Assembly (NCBI GenBank): GCA_050287845.1
Contig: JBNKCR010000071.1
Span: 20,926 to 84,925 of the forward strand
DNA: 64,000 nt
Direction of reading: 5' to 3'
From: Polyangia bacterium
GTDB taxonomy: Bacteria > Myxococcota_A > Polyangia > JAAYKL01
Made by a program: the position numbers and the translations under genes. Shown one piece after another: positions 40,169 to 50,217 of this stretch. The notes under the pieces were generated by a model that had not been told where the DNA came from, did no database searches, and saw nothing but the letters and a program-made list of their open reading frames with translations. The number at the start of each line of letters is the position of its first letter. Positions within the stretch are counted from its first letter, which is position 1.

Positions 40169-41247
40169 GTTGAATTATCCACGAGATCTTGCAGAAAGTG
40201 GACTTGGGCTGACGAATTTATGGATGAGATGGTCTGTTGAATCTCCTTTCGATACTTGAATGGCGTAACAAGAACGGTGGGAGATGACTCCGTATTGAGC
40301 GCTTCAGGAAATCTCACTTGCTTTTTAAACGACGCAACGCATTGTTCCGGGTTCTTGTCTACGACAAAGGCAACATTCTCCCGAATAAGCGGCCAGAGTT
40401 TTTCAGTTAGTGTTCCACCGCCATATACAATTATCGACGGATTCGCCTCTATAAATTCATGTATGCGCGCTGCCCCTGACAGAATCTCGGCCGAATAGTA
40501 TTCCTTGATAACGGATGTGAAATAGGCGTGTTGCTCCTCTTTGAAATTGATGATGAATTCCTTGTCAAAGTCTGTAAGAAACTGGTTGACGTATGCAAAT
40601 GTTTCAGAGTTCCAATAGATATCGGGTGACCGCATTCCCTGGACAGTTTTGGACGCATTGTGCATGTCGAAAACACCAAATGTCTTCTCTAACGCGCCGA
40701 TGCGTCGATGAGCGCAGAGAGACAACAGGAATTCATGATCCATTGTGTAGTGATTCTGTTCATTGAAACCAATAGTTTCCTGAAACTCTCTTCGATAAAA
40801 ATATTGAATTGGATTAATTGGAAACAGCCTTTTCCAATGACTGATGATGTCCGCATAGTCGATGCTGGGAATAAACTTTTTTTGTGTTCGATTCGGCGTG
40901 ATAACATCTATATTTCCAAAAACAATATCAACTCCTTCGTTAAAAGCCTCAACAACCGTTGTAAATGTGTCTGGGTAAAAATAATCGTCGGCATTCAGAT
41001 ACACAATGATCTCACCGCTGCTGAGCGCAAACCCCTTGTTCATAGCGTTTGATTGCCCTGTATCGGGTTCGCTAACCCATTTTACATGTGGGTTGCTTTT
41101 AAGAATATTCACTGTCTGGTCTGAAGAAGCGCCGTCAATAACAACATGTTCTATGTTCGTGTAGTTTTGCTGAACCACACTTTCAATGGCCCGCTGAATA
41201 AATTTTTCTGAATTGAGTGATGGTGTTATGACCGATATTTTCTTCAA
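40138..41247 (-). CDS. GT2 glycosyltransferase with C-terminal Rossmann-like domain
   Basis: ISVITPSLN, DGASSD, SEPDTGQSNAMNKG, LNADD. C-terminal IIVYGGG...VVDKN. TTG start. Confidence 0.88.
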   Translation of the reverse strand: MKKISVITPSLNSEKFIQRAIESVVQQNYTNIEHVVIDGASSDQTVNILKSNPHVKWVSEPDTGQSNAMNKGFALSSGEIIVYLNADDYFYPDTFTTVVEAFNEGVDIVFGNIDVITPNRTQKKFIPSIDYADIISHWKRLFPINPIQYFYRREFQETIGFNEQNHYTMDHEFLLSLCAHRRIGALEKTFGVFDMHNASKTVQGMRSPDIYWNSETFAYVNQFLTDFDKEFIINFKEEQHAYFTSVIKEYYSAEILSGAARIHEFIEANPSIIVYGGGTLTEKLWPLIRENVAFVVDKNPEQCVASFKKQVRFPEALNTESSPTVLVTPFKYRKEIQQTISSINSSAQVHFLQDLVDNSTQNDESSIML

Positions 41248-41655
41248 AATAGTACCTTGTGTAACATGGTCCTTGTTTCATGTCCCCAAACCGAAGCGTG
41301 AATTCAAATGAATTATAAGTCCATTTTGAATTTGGAACAATTTTACTGGGGCGAAAGAATTCGGTTCTCATATTTCGATTCCTTATCGGACATGGTGGCG
41401 AGGTGTTCTAATTGTCGCTAACGGAATTTTTATTTGGCACGACGTCAGCTTTATTTATGATTTCGCCAAGTTAAGATTTCTGGGATGGAAACTGTTCAGG
41501 ACACTGGATTTTGATGACATCGCCTCCTCCTCTTTGACATTTGCGAAGACGCAAATGGACTTCATAATACAAACATAGCAAATGACCGTCACTTTTGTTT
41601 TCACAGACATAACAAAATACAATATTTGAAAAAAGCATAACCCGGAGCGCGTCAC

Positions 41656-42360
41656 ATGAAACTCAATCACGCCATTTACCTTTCCAATCAACACACCGTT
41701 TTTGTGTATGTGCCCAAGGTTGCCTGCACAGGATGGAAAAACATTTTTCGATATTTAAACGGCGCCGAAGATTACCTGGAAGGGCCGAAAGCACACGACC
41801 GACGGCAGTCTGGACTTCAATATTTAGATATGCTGCCAAATGGTGAAGCACTTTTGAATGATACTCATATTAAGAAAATCTGCTTTGTTCGAAACCCATA
41901 CACTCGAATTCTGTCAGCCTGGTTAAACAAGTTTTTACCCAAACATTCGCTGCCTAAATTTGTTGCCATTCAAAATGAAGTTTCAGAATATGCCCGGTTA
42001 CAGTTAAAAATGGATCCCGCCAATTCGCCCTCCTTTTATGCATTTTTGCATTGGATACAGCATTCGGGTTCAACGTATGTCAAAGATGAACATTGGCTTT
42101 CGCAAACAGACATCGTTGGCAGTGATATTTCTATTTATGATTTTGTGGGCCGTTTTGAAACGCTCGAAAAAGACATAGAACATGTTCTGAAATTGCTTCG
42201 GTGCGATGCGTCTTTTCCACCGGCCAGAGGCCTTTTGACCAACGCCAACTCAAAAATAGATATGTATTATACCCCGCGTGAAATATCGCTGGTGAAATCA
42301 ATATACCAAAAGGATTTTGAAACGCTGGGGTATTCAACAGATATTAAAAACGCTGTCTGA
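41656..42360 (+). CDS. Sulfotransferase family 2 (carbohydrate sulfotransferase)
   Basis: 5'-PSB YVPKVACT, 3'-PB FVRNPYTRILSAW, HW..Q, YDFVGRFETL, Y..DF..LGY. Confidence 0.88.
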   Translation: MKLNHAIYLSNQHTVFVYVPKVACTGWKNIFRYLNGAEDYLEGPKAHDRRQSGLQYLDMLPNGEALLNDTHIKKICFVRNPYTRILSAWLNKFLPKHSLPKFVAIQNEVSEYARLQLKMDPANSPSFYAFLHWIQHSGSTYVKDEHWLSQTDIVGSDISIYDFVGRFETLEKDIEHVLKLLRCDASFPPARGLLTNANSKIDMYYTPREISLVKSIYQKDFETLGYSTDIKNAV

Positions 42361-42656
42361 AAAATTTAAAAAAAGGTCTATATATCTCCAGTATCACCTC
42401 AATTGTCTGCCCGATAATCACGACGTATCACCCGCTCCAATCTGTCGTAGGTGCCAGGAACAATCATCGCACTGCAACGTTGGCAGTGTAAACATCGTCT
42501 GTAAGCGTTGGCAGAAAATTTTCTGTAGGCAGGTTGCCTTGCATTTTTAATAGCTCATAATACATTTAATTCTACATCCAATATTGCGAAGCCATATATG
42601 AATTGGGAGGCAAAGCTGTTTTGGTGCACAAATCGTAAAACTAATTTGAGAAGACA

Positions 42657-43238
42657 ATGGCACGGGCAGTATTTTTCGACCGAGACGGCGTTCTTATAGA
42701 TGATATTCATCTGCTGACTGACATAAATCGGATAGCAGTTCCTGAAAAAAACTACCAGGCGCTGGGTATGCTCGCGGCAGCTTCCCATAAACGGATTGTC
42801 ATTACCAATCAGACGGTGGTTTCGAGAGGACTGGCCGAGCTTAAGGATGTGGATTCTGTTAACAAAAGGATAAATGATTTGTATTTGAAAAATAGCGGGG
42901 TTGGTTTCCATCGGTTTTATGTGTGTCCGCATCATCCGAATGCGGACCGAATTGAGTTTCGCCAGGATTGCGATTGCCGCAAGCCGAAATCAGGAATGAT
43001 TCTTGAGGCAGTAATAGATTTTAAACTCAACCCGGCACAAAGCTGGGTGATTGGAGATAGAATTTCAGACATTGCAGCAGGACGTCGCGCGGGGTGCAGA
43101 ACCATTCTTATCGAAACGGGACGACATAAAGATATGCCAATAGAATCAAACAGTGATTTAATTGCGGTGGCGCCTGACTTTGTCAGGAAAGACTTATTTG
43201 AAGCTGTATCGCTTATTCTGGAAGCGCAAATCCCATGA
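42657..43238 (+). CDS. gmhB: Heptose-1,7-bisphosphate phosphatase-like HAD enzyme
   Basis: FFDRDGV, TNQ, CPHH...CDCRKP..GM, IGDRISDI. Confidence 0.85.
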   Translation: MARAVFFDRDGVLIDDIHLLTDINRIAVPEKNYQALGMLAAASHKRIVITNQTVVSRGLAELKDVDSVNKRINDLYLKNSGVGFHRFYVCPHHPNADRIEFRQDCDCRKPKSGMILEAVIDFKLNPAQSWVIGDRISDIAAGRRAGCRTILIETGRHKDMPIESNSDLIAVAPDFVRKDLFEAVSLILEAQIP

Positions 43239-43969
43239 AAGCCGTTATTCTCAGTGCGGGCACTGGAACGCGTCTGGGCGCCTTGACCCATGATATTCCC
43301 AAGTCCATGCTGCCTGTAAACAACAGGCCCCTGCTGGAATACATCCTGCTCTATTTAAAGAAAAATGGGATTTTTGACTTCTGTATCAATCTTCATTTTC
43401 AGCCTGATAAAATAAAAAATTATTTTGAAAATGGAAGCAAATGGAATGTCAGAATAAACTATTCCTATGAAGAAAAACTCAGGGGAACTGCAGGCGCGCT
43501 GGCAGGGTTTCCTGAACTTAAATCGGAGAATCGTTTCATTGTGATTTACGGCGATATTTTAACCGCACAGCCGCTCCGACCGCTGCTGGATTTGCATGAG
43601 CAAACGGCTGGCTTTGCGACGCTGCTTGTCCACAGGAATTCCAATTCCAACAGTTTTTTGTCTGTGGAATCGGGAGGTCGTATCAACAGGTTTATCGAAC
43701 GGCCGTCTGAAGAAACCAGACAGAAAATGAATCCCAGTGCAGTGTACTCCAATTCTGCAGTGCAGGTTCTTTCTTCGCGCGCGCTGGACTACATTCTTGG
43801 GACAGACGCTTTTGACCTGCCAAAGGATGTCTATATACCAAATATAAAGAACGAAATTATTTCCGGTTATCCTATCGAGCGTCCGCGCGTGGCAGTCGAT
43901 TCAGAGCGCCGCTATCGCATGGCCTGCGATATGGTGAGTAAAGGTGAATTCGATGTTGAGCTGGAATGA
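43235..43969 (+). CDS. Sugar-1-phosphate nucleotidyltransferase (HddC/mannose-1-P guanylyltransferase-like)
   Basis: ILSAGTGTRL..LT..IPK, E..LRGTAGAL, YGD. Confidence 0.85.
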   Translation: MKAVILSAGTGTRLGALTHDIPKSMLPVNNRPLLEYILLYLKKNGIFDFCINLHFQPDKIKNYFENGSKWNVRINYSYEEKLRGTAGALAGFPELKSENRFIVIYGDILTAQPLRPLLDLHEQTAGFATLLVHRNSNSNSFLSVESGGRINRFIERPSEETRQKMNPSAVYSNSAVQVLSSRALDYILGTDAFDLPKDVYIPNIKNEIISGYPIERPRVAVDSERRYRMACDMVSKGEFDVELE

Positions 43970-44543
43970 CTACTTTCAGAGTTTGAACGGCATTATCAGT
44001 TCTCTGGAAGTTACGGGAAAAAACGGGATGGAAATGGATACAGAAGAAGGGCTGCACCTTTTCTGTAACAAAGTCATGGCTGTTAAACGAAACAGCAACA
44101 TGGTGTTTTTTACAGGAAACGGTGCCAGCGCCTCGATGGCCAGTCATTTTTCGGCAGACCTTGCCAAAAACCTTCGTTTAAAAACCATGGTGTTTACGGA
44201 TTTATCTCTGATGACGGCAGTGGCCAATGATGAAGGGTTTGAAAATATTTACGCGGACCCGCTGTCCATATGGGGTGGCTCCGGAGATATACTGTTGACG
44301 ATAAGCAGTTCGGGGTGTTCAGCCAATATTGTTCAGGTCCTGCATTATGCAGAAGAAAAAGATCTCTTCTCGGTGACTTTTTCTGCCATGGACCGGGACA
44401 ATATTTCCAGAAAGATGGGGGATTTAAATTTTTATCTGCCCGCCGAAGATTATGGCAGCGCTGAAGTGCTTCACGCGGTTATTTTGCACTATCTCACAGA
44501 TTGTCTGGTTGAGCAGTTTAAAGGAGAATCCCTTGCACCTTAG
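43953..44543 (+). CDS. SIS-domain phosphoheptose isomerase-like protein (GmhA-like)
   Basis: GNGASASMASHFSAD, TAVAND, ISSSG.SANI, YGSAEVLH. Confidence 0.82.
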   Translation: MLSWNDYFQSLNGIISSLEVTGKNGMEMDTEEGLHLFCNKVMAVKRNSNMVFFTGNGASASMASHFSADLAKNLRLKTMVFTDLSLMTAVANDEGFENIYADPLSIWGGSGDILLTISSSGCSANIVQVLHYAEEKDLFSVTFSAMDRDNISRKMGDLNFYLPAEDYGSAEVLHAVILHYLTDCLVEQFKGESLAP

Positions 44544-44603
44544 AAACGCAGTCATTGTCAGTAAATCAGATTCATACAATATTACGAACAAAAGAGGTAT
44601 AAC

Positions 44604-45545
44604 GTGCATGTACTTGTAACCGGTGGTTGCGGCTATAAAGGCTGTGTTCTGACAGAGATTCTTCTTGACGCAGGCGTGGATGTCACTGTGTTTGACATCA
44701 TGTGGTTTGGAAACAGTCTGAAGCCACATAAAAACCTGAAAGTGGTGACAGGGGATATACGGGATACGGCGTGTATTCCTATGGACGGGGTCGATACTGT
44801 TATTCATCTGGCCAATATTGCCAATGATCCCTGTGGCGAACTGAGCGCGAAACTGGCCTGGGAAACCAACGTGCTGGCATCGATGGGAATCATTGAAAAA
44901 GCCATTGCCCATAACGTTAAACAGTTTCTGTTTGCCAGTTCGGGCAGTGTCTATGGGGTCAAGGAGGAAGAACAGGTGACCGAAGATTTATCTCTGGTAC
45001 CCATATCTGATTACAACAAAACAAAAATGATAAGTGAACGCGTGTTTTTAAGTTACGCAGATAAAATCGCATTTACCGCTGTTCGCCCCGCAACGGTATG
45101 TGGCTATTCGCCACGGATGCGGCTTGATGTATCGGTGAATATGCTCACTATGCAGGCATTGAAAAACGGCAGAATCACGGTGTTTGGCGGCGGTCAGACA
45201 AGACCGAATATTCATATTAGAGATATTGCCGAGGTGTACTTCCATTTTTTAAAGAATCCGGAACTGACCGGTATTTACAATGCGGGTTTTGAAAACATTT
45301 CAATTCTGGATATCGCTGGCGCAGTGAAAACCAAATTGAATGCAGATGTGGTTGTAACCGAATCCAACGACCCCCGTTCGTATAGAATGAATTCCGACAG
45401 ACTTTTGGCAACGGGCTTTAAGCCGCGGTTCACCGTTGAAGACGGGATTGACGATGTCATCAACGCCTATCGACATGGAAAGATTGACGATGCGGAGATT
45501 TGCTACAACATTGGAACAATGAAAAAGTTGAGTATCCGGCAATAA
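44604..45545 (+). CDS. NAD-dependent epimerase/dehydratase (extended SDR)
   Basis: TGGCGYKG, SSGSVYG, YNKTK, RPATVCG.SPRMRLD. GTG start after AGAGG. Confidence 0.88.
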   Translation: MHVLVTGGCGYKGCVLTEILLDAGVDVTVFDIMWFGNSLKPHKNLKVVTGDIRDTACIPMDGVDTVIHLANIANDPCGELSAKLAWETNVLASMGIIEKAIAHNVKQFLFASSGSVYGVKEEEQVTEDLSLVPISDYNKTKMISERVFLSYADKIAFTAVRPATVCGYSPRMRLDVSVNMLTMQALKNGRITVFGGGQTRPNIHIRDIAEVYFHFLKNPELTGIYNAGFENISILDIAGAVKTKLNADVVVTESNDPRSYRMNSDRLLATGFKPRFTVEDGIDDVINAYRHGKIDDAEICYNIGTMKKLSIRQ

Positions 45546-45567
45546 CCTTTCAGCAAGGAGACAGGTC

Positions 45568-46227
45568 ATGGGCCAGGAAATAGATTTGCTCGTCAACTAT
45601 CCAAAAACAAAAAGGAATGTAAAGGAGCGCGGTGCGTCGAAGACCGAAAAGGACAGGGCCATTGCACGCCAATTCGGACGAGACTTTTTCGACGGCGACC
45701 GTCGCCATGGATATGGCGGATTCTCATATATGCCCAGTTTTTGGCAGCCGGTGATTCCCACATTTCAAAAACACTTTAGCCTGAATTCGGACAGTTCTCT
45801 TCTTGATGTGGGATGCGCCAAAGGGTTTATGCTGTACGATTTAACCCAGCTGATACCAGGGATAACTGTGGCGGGTGTAGACATTTCTGAATATGCCATT
45901 GAAAACGCAAAACCCGAAGTTCAAGACTGCCTGCAAGTCGCCAATGCGGTACATTTGCCCTTTGACGACAATGCATTTGATGTAGTCATTTCGATTAACA
46001 CCATACACAACCTGGAAAGAGAAGAATGCGCAGTGGCTCTTCGTGAAATTGAACGGGTCAGTAAAAAAGGCAGTTTCATCAGTGTGGATGCGTATAGAAA
46101 CGATGATGAAAAAGAGCTCATGATGGCATGGAATCTGACGGCAAAAACCATCATGAGTGTAACCGGCTGGAAGTCGTTCTTTAACGAAGAGAATTACACC
46201 GGCGATTACTACTGGTTTATTCCATAG
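45568..46227 (+). CDS. Class I SAM-dependent methyltransferase
   Basis: LDVGCAKGF, GVDISEYA, LPFDDNAFD. AAGGAG RBS. Confidence 0.85.
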   Translation: MGQEIDLLVNYPKTKRNVKERGASKTEKDRAIARQFGRDFFDGDRRHGYGGFSYMPSFWQPVIPTFQKHFSLNSDSSLLDVGCAKGFMLYDLTQLIPGITVAGVDISEYAIENAKPEVQDCLQVANAVHLPFDDNAFDVVISINTIHNLEREECAVALREIERVSKKGSFISVDAYRNDDEKELMMAWNLTAKTIMSVTGWKSFFNEENYTGDYYWFIP

Positions 46228-46275
46228 GTGGTAAACATGTGCTGTAAACATAGGTAGTAAAAATGGGCAGTTACC

Positions 46276-47172
46276 ATGGGCAGTAGAATGAACGCGTTGA
46301 ATACCGCCATTATCGGTACCGGAAACATTGGGACCGATCTGCTGATAAAAGTGCAGCGTTCTCCTTTATTGAATTGCGCTCTCTTTGCCGGGCGCAGAAT
46401 GGATTCATTTGGGATACAAAAAGCCCTTGCTATGGGAGTGCCGGTGTGTGATGGCGGAATTGATTCCCTTGTGGACAGGCACGATGCCTATGAAGTCGTT
46501 TTTGATGCAACATCCGCGGCAGATCATGCGAAACATTGGCAGATACTTCAGACACTCAGGAAAAAGGTCATTGATTTAACCCCGTCAAGAATTGGGCAGT
46601 CTGTGGTGCCCGCGGTAAACATGAATGATGCGAATCTGTATTCCAATATCAATCTCATTTCGTGCGGCGGTCAGGCTGCAATTCCCATTGCTCACGCTAT
46701 TTCAGAGGTTCATGCAAACGTCAGGTATATCGAAGTTGTAAATACGATTGCATCGAAGAGCGCCGGCATCGCAACCAGAATGAATATTGATGAGTATGTT
46801 GAGACAACAGAAGAAGGATTACGGGAATTTACCAAATGCGAAAATGTTAAATCAATTCTGATTCTCAATCCTTCCGAACCGTGCATTTACATGCAGGTAA
46901 CAGTCTCCGTCATTGTTGATAATCCCGACATGACCGCAGTTAAAGAAAAAGTGAAATCGGTGCTTCATTTTATTAAAAAGTATATCCCCGGGTACACGCT
47001 GGTGGTGCCACCGGTTCATGTGGACGGCAGAATCATGACAACCGCCAGAATTATGGGATTGGGGGATTATCTGAAACCCTATGCGGGAAATCTGGACATC
47101 ATTACATGTGCTGCTGTTTCAATCGCAGAAAAAATGGCATTGCAATCACCACAGGGGAATCCTGAATCATGA
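46276..47172 (+). CDS. Acetaldehyde dehydrogenase (acetylating), DmpF/MhpF-like
   Basis: IIGTGNIGTDL, FDATSA, IDLTP, catalytic SCGGQA, SKSAG.ATR.NIDE, YAGNLDI. Confidence 0.92.
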   Translation: MGSRMNALNTAIIGTGNIGTDLLIKVQRSPLLNCALFAGRRMDSFGIQKALAMGVPVCDGGIDSLVDRHDAYEVVFDATSAADHAKHWQILQTLRKKVIDLTPSRIGQSVVPAVNMNDANLYSNINLISCGGQAAIPIAHAISEVHANVRYIEVVNTIASKSAGIATRMNIDEYVETTEEGLREFTKCENVKSILILNPSEPCIYMQVTVSVIVDNPDMTAVKEKVKSVLHFIKKYIPGYTLVVPPVHVDGRIMTTARIMGLGDYLKPYAGNLDIITCAAVSIAEKMALQSPQGNPES

Positions 47173-48188
47173 AAAAAATTACCATTATAGACCCCACGTT
47201 GCGTGATGGTAATCATGCGGTATCCCATTCGATTTCATTGGTGCAGATTGAGGCGTACGCACGCGCCGTCGACAAAGCCGGTGTACCGTTTATCGAAGTG
47301 GGACACGGCCTGGGCCTTGGGGCGTCATCGCTGCAGAGTGGCATTTGCGCAGTTTCAGACAGAGATATTGTCAAGACCGCGAAATCGGCTGTTACCAATT
47401 CGAAAATACAGTGTTTTGTTTTGCCAGGCACCGCCACCATAAATAAAGATATTCAGCCGGCTATAGAAATGGGCGCGGATGCATTTAGAATCGGTGTTCA
47501 CTGCACAGAAGGTAACCTGGCCAAAAAGCATGTGGACTATTTAAAAGAAAAAGGCATAACAGTGTTTGTCAGCCTCATGATGATGCATCTGGCGAGCAAA
47601 GAGGTTCTGTATCAGCAGTGCAGAGAAATCCAGCGCTACGGTGCAGACGGCATTGTCTTAATGGATTCTGCGGGGTCGTCTTTTCCGGCCGAAATAGAAG
47701 AAAAAATTGGATACCTGACATCGAGACTGGATATTCCAATTGGGTATCACGGGCACGACAATCTGGGACTGTCGGTGGCCAACTCAATTGCCGCAGTTGA
47801 AGTGGGCGCCTCCATCATTGACGGCACGGCAGCGGGGTTTGGCGCCGGCGCGGGAAATACGCAACTGGAGCTGATTGTGGCGATACTTCACAGGCTCGGG
47901 TACGAAACCGGTGTAGACCTGTATGCGCTGTTCGATGCTGCTGCGGTAGTTAAAGAACACCTCTTAAAAGAGCTGCCAAACAGAAGTCCTTTTAACATTG
48001 TGAGTGGTGTATCCGGTGTGTGTGGCGCATTTACAAAACATATTCAGCGAATTTCCGATGAATACCAGGTGGACGCGCGAGATGTCTGCCTTGAACTTGG
48101 CCGCAGAAAATCGGTGGCCGGTCAGGAAGATTTAATCGTCGAAGTCGCTTCGCATTTATCAAAAGGCGGGACGTCTGTAAGGAGGTAA
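47169..48188 (+). CDS. 4-hydroxy-2-oxovalerate aldolase, DmpG/MhpE-like
   Basis: DPTLRDGNH, EVGHGLGLG, HCTE, DSAG, HGHDNLG, GAGAGN, C-terminal communication domain (GQED). ATGA overlap with the dehydrogenase. Confidence 0.92.
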   Translation: MKKITIIDPTLRDGNHAVSHSISLVQIEAYARAVDKAGVPFIEVGHGLGLGASSLQSGICAVSDRDIVKTAKSAVTNSKIQCFVLPGTATINKDIQPAIEMGADAFRIGVHCTEGNLAKKHVDYLKEKGITVFVSLMMMHLASKEVLYQQCREIQRYGADGIVLMDSAGSSFPAEIEEKIGYLTSRLDIPIGYHGHDNLGLSVANSIAAVEVGASIIDGTAAGFGAGAGNTQLELIVAILHRLGYETGVDLYALFDAAAVVKEHLLKELPNRSPFNIVSGVSGVCGAFTKHIQRISDEYQVDARDVCLELGRRKSVAGQEDLIVEVASHLSKGGTSVRR

Positions 48189-48191
48189 ATC

Positions 48192-49400
48192 ATGTTGGAT
48201 TATTCAGCGTTTAAAAACATGGCATATGAAAAAAGAACAAAATGCTGCATCTGTAGGCAACCCCATATTGAGCCGGTGATCAATCTTCCTGATTTTCCTG
48301 TTACAGAAGTGTATGTAGACAATAAAATTGAAGACAACGTTGGCGTTCTCGATCAGTTCGTTCATCTGTGTCCAAACTGTTCCCATACACAACTCGAAAA
48401 CATTATCAGCAGTGACCTGCTTTACGGTGACACGGACAACTACGCGTTTCGTACTTCTCAAAGCATGTCTGGGCAAAAGACCAGTGAGTTCTTTAAAAAC
48501 TTTTTTTTAAAAAACAAACGCAAGGAAGTCTATGACAGCATTGTCGACGTGGGGTGCAATGACCTGTACCTGCTTCATCTGTTAAGCGAATATGGAAAAA
48601 CTTTAACGGGTATAGACCCTATTCTCAGAGACGCTGAGATTGTTAAAAACAGTGACAATATCACTGTTGTTGGCGACTTCTACGAAAACACAGCGCTTGA
48701 TGAAAATCCCGATATGATCCTCTGCAAGGACATGCTTGAACATGTGGAAGACCCAAGGGGGGTGCTCGAAACCATGGTCAGTAAGTCCACAGCCGATGCG
48801 GACTTCTTTGTGCAGGTACCCATTATGGATACAATTGTTGAAGAAAGTCGTTTTGATCTCGTTTTTCATCAGCATCGCAATTATTTTTCAATCGCATCTT
48901 TCAATTATCTGATTAACGAACTGGGCTGCTCATTGGTGGATTATACCGTCAACTATGACCATTGGGGAGCCGCGATTTTCTATTTTACCAAATCGCATAA
49001 AAAGGTGGATATGAACATACCCCGGCTCAGTCGACAAATGGTTCTCGACAGCTACGCTCTTTTTTGCAACGCCATGAAAACAACCCAAAAGCATATCCTT
49101 TTTTTAAGTAATCACAAAATTTACGGATATGGCGCTGCGTTGATGCTTCCGGTCATTTTTTATTATCTGGGAATTGAAGCCGGCGACATCGACTGCATTC
49201 TGGATGATGATGAAACAAAAATCGGACGCACATATCTGAATCTGCCCGTAGATATTCGTGCCACGTCTGGCATTTCAGATATTGGCGAATCGGTTATTTT
49301 AATTACGGCGCTTTCTTCAAAAATCAATACGAGACGAATTATGGACAGGCTGTTTAAAATGAAACCGCGTTATATCATCACGCCACTTCATTCTGTATAA
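48192..49400 (+). CDS. NDP-sugar C-methyltransferase-like protein
   Basis: N-terminal Zn motif CCIC...CPNC..TQL, DVGCND, LEHV, HQH.NYFS, C-terminal YGAA...ILDD..TKIG (Methyltransf_13/14 architecture). Confidence 0.78.
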   Translation: MLDYSAFKNMAYEKRTKCCICRQPHIEPVINLPDFPVTEVYVDNKIEDNVGVLDQFVHLCPNCSHTQLENIISSDLLYGDTDNYAFRTSQSMSGQKTSEFFKNFFLKNKRKEVYDSIVDVGCNDLYLLHLLSEYGKTLTGIDPILRDAEIVKNSDNITVVGDFYENTALDENPDMILCKDMLEHVEDPRGVLETMVSKSTADADFFVQVPIMDTIVEESRFDLVFHQHRNYFSIASFNYLINELGCSLVDYTVNYDHWGAAIFYFTKSHKKVDMNIPRLSRQMVLDSYALFCNAMKTTQKHILFLSNHKIYGYGAALMLPVIFYYLGIEAGDIDCILDDDETKIGRTYLNLPVDIRATSGISDIGESVILITALSSKINTRRIMDRLFKMKPRYIITPLHSV

Positions 49401-49417
49401 GCACAAGGAGATGTAAA

Positions 49418-50209
49418 ATGGAGTTAGGTCTAAAAGGAAAAAAAGCACTCATCACAGGAGGCGCAACAGGCATCGGAAGAGCCATATCCGTTGACCTCTC
49501 TAAAGAAGGGGTTTCGGTGTTTATCATATCCAGGAATGCTAAAAGCATTGAAGAAACCCTTTCGATAATGCATGACGCGACACATGCCCATGGGTCTTTG
49601 GTTGGAGATATTTGTGATCCGACTGTTATCGATTCACTGTATGATAAAGTGGTCTCTGAATTTGGCCATCCTGACATTGTAGTGAACAATGCCGGCAGTG
49701 CGCTGGCGATAACCGATCCTTACTGTTCCATCGAAGATTGGCGGCGAATCTTCAGACTCAACCTGGAAGTTCCGGTGATGATTAACAATATGTTTATTCC
49801 CCACATGAAAAAAAACAATTGGGGTCGCATTGTAAATATTACCGCCGGTGCCGGTCTGGAAAACAGCGGACCAGTGCCATATGGCGCCAGCAAGGCGGCA
49901 CTGACTGCATACACGAGGTCGATGGGGCGCATTTTGGCCATTGAGGCTGACGATGTAGTGATGTCAGCGGTGCTGCCCGGCGTTGTGGTAACAGAAGAAG
50001 GTCACTGGGGCGGCAAGTATGCGGTGGATTCCGAGCACGCAAAAAAATATCTGAAAGAAAGATGTCCGCTGGCCAGATTTGGTACGCCGGATGAAATCAG
50101 TCCCATGGTGACGTATCTTTGTTCGACCAAATCCACTTTCGCACACGGCGGAATTTATCTGGTGGATGCGGGACAGGCCAAGCATTACATGTATAATACA
50201 TTTCTGTAG
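49418..50209 (+). CDS. Classical SDR oxidoreductase
   Basis: TGGATGIG, NNAG, YGASK. Confidence 0.9.
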   Translation: MELGLKGKKALITGGATGIGRAISVDLSKEGVSVFIISRNAKSIEETLSIMHDATHAHGSLVGDICDPTVIDSLYDKVVSEFGHPDIVVNNAGSALAITDPYCSIEDWRRIFRLNLEVPVMINNMFIPHMKKNNWGRIVNITAGAGLENSGPVPYGASKAALTAYTRSMGRILAIEADDVVMSAVLPGVVVTEEGHWGGKYAVDSEHAKKYLKERCPLARFGTPDEISPMVTYLCSTKSTFAHGGIYLVDAGQAKHYMYNTFL

Positions 50210-50217
50210 TAATTATT

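Noticed and set aside
46276..48188. Aromatic meta-cleavage operon
   Set aside because: No dioxygenase, semialdehyde hydrolase/dehydrogenase or 2-oxopent-4-enoate hydratase in the window. The context is sugar biosynthesis.
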